From an uncultured delta proteobacterium (GTDB lineage: Bacteria; Desulfobacterota; Binatia; UBA9968): DNA of 64,000 nt. Shown one piece after another: positions 61,556 through 64,000 of the stretch (positions are counted from its first letter, which is position 1; the number at the start of each line of letters is the position of its first letter). Under the pieces are notes generated by a model. It saw only the letters and a list, made by a program, of their open reading frames with translations, ran no database searches and was not told where the DNA came from. The DNA is taken from positions 128,001 through 192,000 of the forward strand of contig CAVUZH010000008.1 in the NCBI GenBank assembly GCA_963745835.1. The letters run 5' to 3'. A program made the translations under genes and the position numbers.

Positions 61556-63096
61556 GCCGTCCGCCGCCGCCATCGTTGCTCAAGACGGCGCGCCAATGCC
61601 GCCAGCGGTAACGACATCGCCATATAAAGCGCGGCGCACAACGCCCCGGGAACAACCCAGCTGCCGATGTTGGTCGCGAAAATTTGCGTTTGTTTGGTCA
61701 GCTCGAGAACGGTAAGCACCGAGACCAGCGAAGAATCTTTAAGCAGGGCAACGAAATCATTGGTCATCGGCGCCAGCGCTAAACGAAACGCCTGCGGTCC
61801 GCGCACCAATGTTAGAACCTGAAGCTCATTGAAGCCGAGTATCCGTGCAGCCTCGAGTTGACCGCCCGGTACGGCCTCGAGCGCGCCGCGGTAGATTTCA
61901 CTTTCGTATGCGGCATAGTTGAGTCCGAGTCCAAGAAGCGCAGCGACGAAGGCGGGTAGCCGAATGAGTTCGACGATACCGTAGTACAAGATGAAAAGCT
62001 GAAGAAGGATCGGCGTTCCGCGGATGATTTCTACATAAGCGGTTAAAAGCGAGCGGGCGATCTTGCCGCCGTAGACGCGTCCACTGGCGATCGACACGCC
62101 GATGATGATGGCCAGCACCATCGACAAACATGAAAGCACCATCGTAATTGCGGCGGCGCGAAAAAGCGCGGGCAGGTAGGCCTGCACCGTCCGCCATTTG
62201 GAAACGGTCACTTCGCCGCCGGACAAATCGAAGCCAAGCACCGCCGGCAGTGGATTGCCTGCGAGCACCTCGGCGAACAAGGCCGGTTGATCCTCGTTCC
62301 ACACCCGCCATTTACGAAAAATCCGTTCTAGAGTGCCGTCGCGCATTGCGTTGCGTAGAATTTCGTTGACCGATTCGCGCAGTGCAGCGTTCCGGGCTGC
62401 GAGGATCCCGACGTAGTGGGCGGTCGCAACGCTTTCCGGCTGGATAGTGAACCCCGAAATCGTACGACGGCGCCGCTCGGCGAGAACATTATCGAGCAGC
62501 ACGGCATCCACACGTCCGATGATCAGATCCGTATAGGGATGCACATCGTCATCATAGGAAACGACTTTGATGCCGAAATCGCGCTCGGCGCGGAGAAGAA
62601 TCTCATAGGCGATGGTACCTCCGAGCGTGCCGATCCGTCGTCCGCGCAAATCGGCGAGGGTGCGAAAGCGTGAAGCGTCCGTGTCACGTACGCTCAACAC
62701 CTCACGAAATCTATAATACGGCACCGTCGGCGCCATCGTAGCGCGGCGCGCTGGCGTGTCTTCGATCCCTCCCAAACCGATCTCGGCATCGTCGCGCTCG
62801 ATAGACTGATCGATTGATGTAAACGCGACATTAAGGAAAGTGGCTGAGCGGTTAAGCCCCTGCGCGATGATCTCGGCGATCTCGACATCGAACCCCACCA
62901 CTCGATCAGGACGCGCCGGATCCGCTTCGACAAACGGCGCGCCACCCTCGGGGTCGGCGGCCCAGCGAAATTCTCGATCCGCCGAGGCCGCAATAGCCAA
63001 TGAGATTGGCGCAAACATAAAGAAGCTCACAAACAAAACCAGCCCTGCCAACTCCCAACGGCAATTTTGCCGCTTATCTACTCTGCGCCTAAGCAT
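61552..63096 (-). CDS. polar amino acid ABC transporter, fused substrate-binding/permease
   Basis: VGFDVEIA SBP family 3 region, then YVEIIRGTPILLQL, AAYESEIYRG, GQLEAARILG, LLKDSSL. Confidence 0.92.
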   Translation of the reverse strand: MLRRRVDKRQNCRWELAGLVLFVSFFMFAPISLAIAASADREFRWAADPEGGAPFVEADPARPDRVVGFDVEIAEIIAQGLNRSATFLNVAFTSIDQSIERDDAEIGLGGIEDTPARRATMAPTVPYYRFREVLSVRDTDASRFRTLADLRGRRIGTLGGTIAYEILLRAERDFGIKVVSYDDDVHPYTDLIIGRVDAVLLDNVLAERRRRTISGFTIQPESVATAHYVGILAARNAALRESVNEILRNAMRDGTLERIFRKWRVWNEDQPALFAEVLAGNPLPAVLGFDLSGGEVTVSKWRTVQAYLPALFRAAAITMVLSCLSMVLAIIIGVSIASGRVYGGKIARSLLTAYVEIIRGTPILLQLFILYYGIVELIRLPAFVAALLGLGLNYAAYESEIYRGALEAVPGGQLEAARILGFNELQVLTLVRGPQAFRLALAPMTNDFVALLKDSSLVSVLTVLELTKQTQIFATNIGSWVVPGALCAALYMAMSLPLAALARRLEQRWRRRTA

Positions 63097-63383
63097 TACT
63101 AGTGAATTGCAGTCCGAGTTGCTGTGTCGACAGCTAAAGGTATTTCCGGCAACTTACACCAAGAATGGTCGAGAATATTAAACGAGAAAGGGCCAGCAAT
63201 TTTTGTTTTTGCAACGGAGACTAACCGACGAGCTGCTTTCATGTCAATCGGGGAGCATCAATGAACTCTCTTACTGTCGGTAAGTGATTAAGTTAATATA
63301 CCTACGCGATTGGTGATCCTTTCATCTCATGGGAAATACTCAAGGTAGCGCGCCCGTGCAAGAATCGGAGATACGACAGAATA

Positions 63384-64000
63384 ATGCAAATTAAGCTGAA
63401 ACTCGGTTGTGCGAAAATCCTCAGTCCACTTCTCTTTGCCGTGATGACGGTTTTTACCATGCCGGCTACTGGCGGTTCATCCGTCACCGAAAGGGCCGCG
63501 CTTTCCTTTGAGGAAGCCCTCAGTAATCTGCCCCGCCTCAGGAGTTTGCTGATTTCAATTGACGGAGAACTCGTCGATGAGCGCTATTTCCACGGCGCGC
63601 GCTCTACCCACCCGGCTAATTTGAAGTCAGCTTCCAAAAGTATCATGTCGACTCTTATTGGCATCGCGCTGGATCGCGGGCAGCTCAAATCTATTACAGA
63701 TCCAATTGCCAAGTTTTTTCCGGAGCATTTCGGCGCCGACACTGATTCTGGAAAGAAGAGGATTACCATTGAAGATCTGTTAACCATGCGCTCGGGCCTA
63801 GAGACCACCAGCAACGTCAACTATGGACAATGGGTAACCAGCGCCAACTGGGTAGGTCACGTATTGACCCGCCCTCTGATCGACGAACCCGGCGGCAGGA
63901 TGATCTATAGCACCGGCAACTCCCACCTGCTCTCGGCGATACTGACGAAGGCGACGAAGATGAGCACGTTTGATTTCGCTCGGCGCTACTTAGCGGAGCC
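63384..64000 (+). CDS. serine hydrolase (class C beta-lactamase / NylB-like); runs off the right edge
   Basis: Not in the ORF track. Manual translation: MQIKLK...LPRLRSLLIS...NLKSASKS (SxxK)...ITIEDLLTMRSGL...YSTGNSHLLSAIL. Confidence 0.85.
   Translation, partial: MQIKLKLGCAKILSPLLFAVMTVFTMPATGGSSVTERAALSFEEALSNLPRLRSLLISIDGELVDERYFHGARSTHPANLKSASKSIMSTLIGIALDRGQLKSITDPIAKFFPEHFGADTDSGKKRITIEDLLTMRSGLETTSNVNYGQWVTSANWVGHVLTRPLIDEPGGRMIYSTGNSHLLSAILTKATKMSTFDFARRYLAE

Overview
A roughly 55% GC bacterial chromosomal segment. Gene content (DUF507 pair, TrmD fused to a second SPOUT domain, many VOC/LLM/ABC/TctC paralogs) suggests a deltaproteobacterial lineage such as Binatia; this is inference only. 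A housekeeping core at about 20-47 kb carries rng, HNH, smc-ftsY, iscA/erpA, rsmD-coaD-aminotransferase, tRNA-fMet, dapL-folK, ldcA-serine hydrolase-mpl, groES-groEL, ffh-rpsP-khpA-rimM-trmD-rplS and rarA. It is flanked by accessory transport and catabolic genes. Many single-base frameshifts, including in essential ffh and ftsY, point to sequencing indel errors. The most unusual signals are: (1) a four-helix-bundle (23S rRNA IVS-type) gene inserted in an operon and bracketed by degenerate CACG/CGTG micro-repeat arrays that could fold around it, plus two nearby gene-less intergenic elements of similar design built from inverted 9-bp GTTCCA repeats; (2) an smc gene preceded by tandem NrdR-like boxes, whose protein carries an exact QLSLF clamp-binding-type motif; (3) a DnaA-box cluster with no dnaA in the window; (4) a 152-bp MITE-like element. 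No CRISPR array, rRNA, transposase or prophage is evident. All calls come from manual motif reading; no database search was run.
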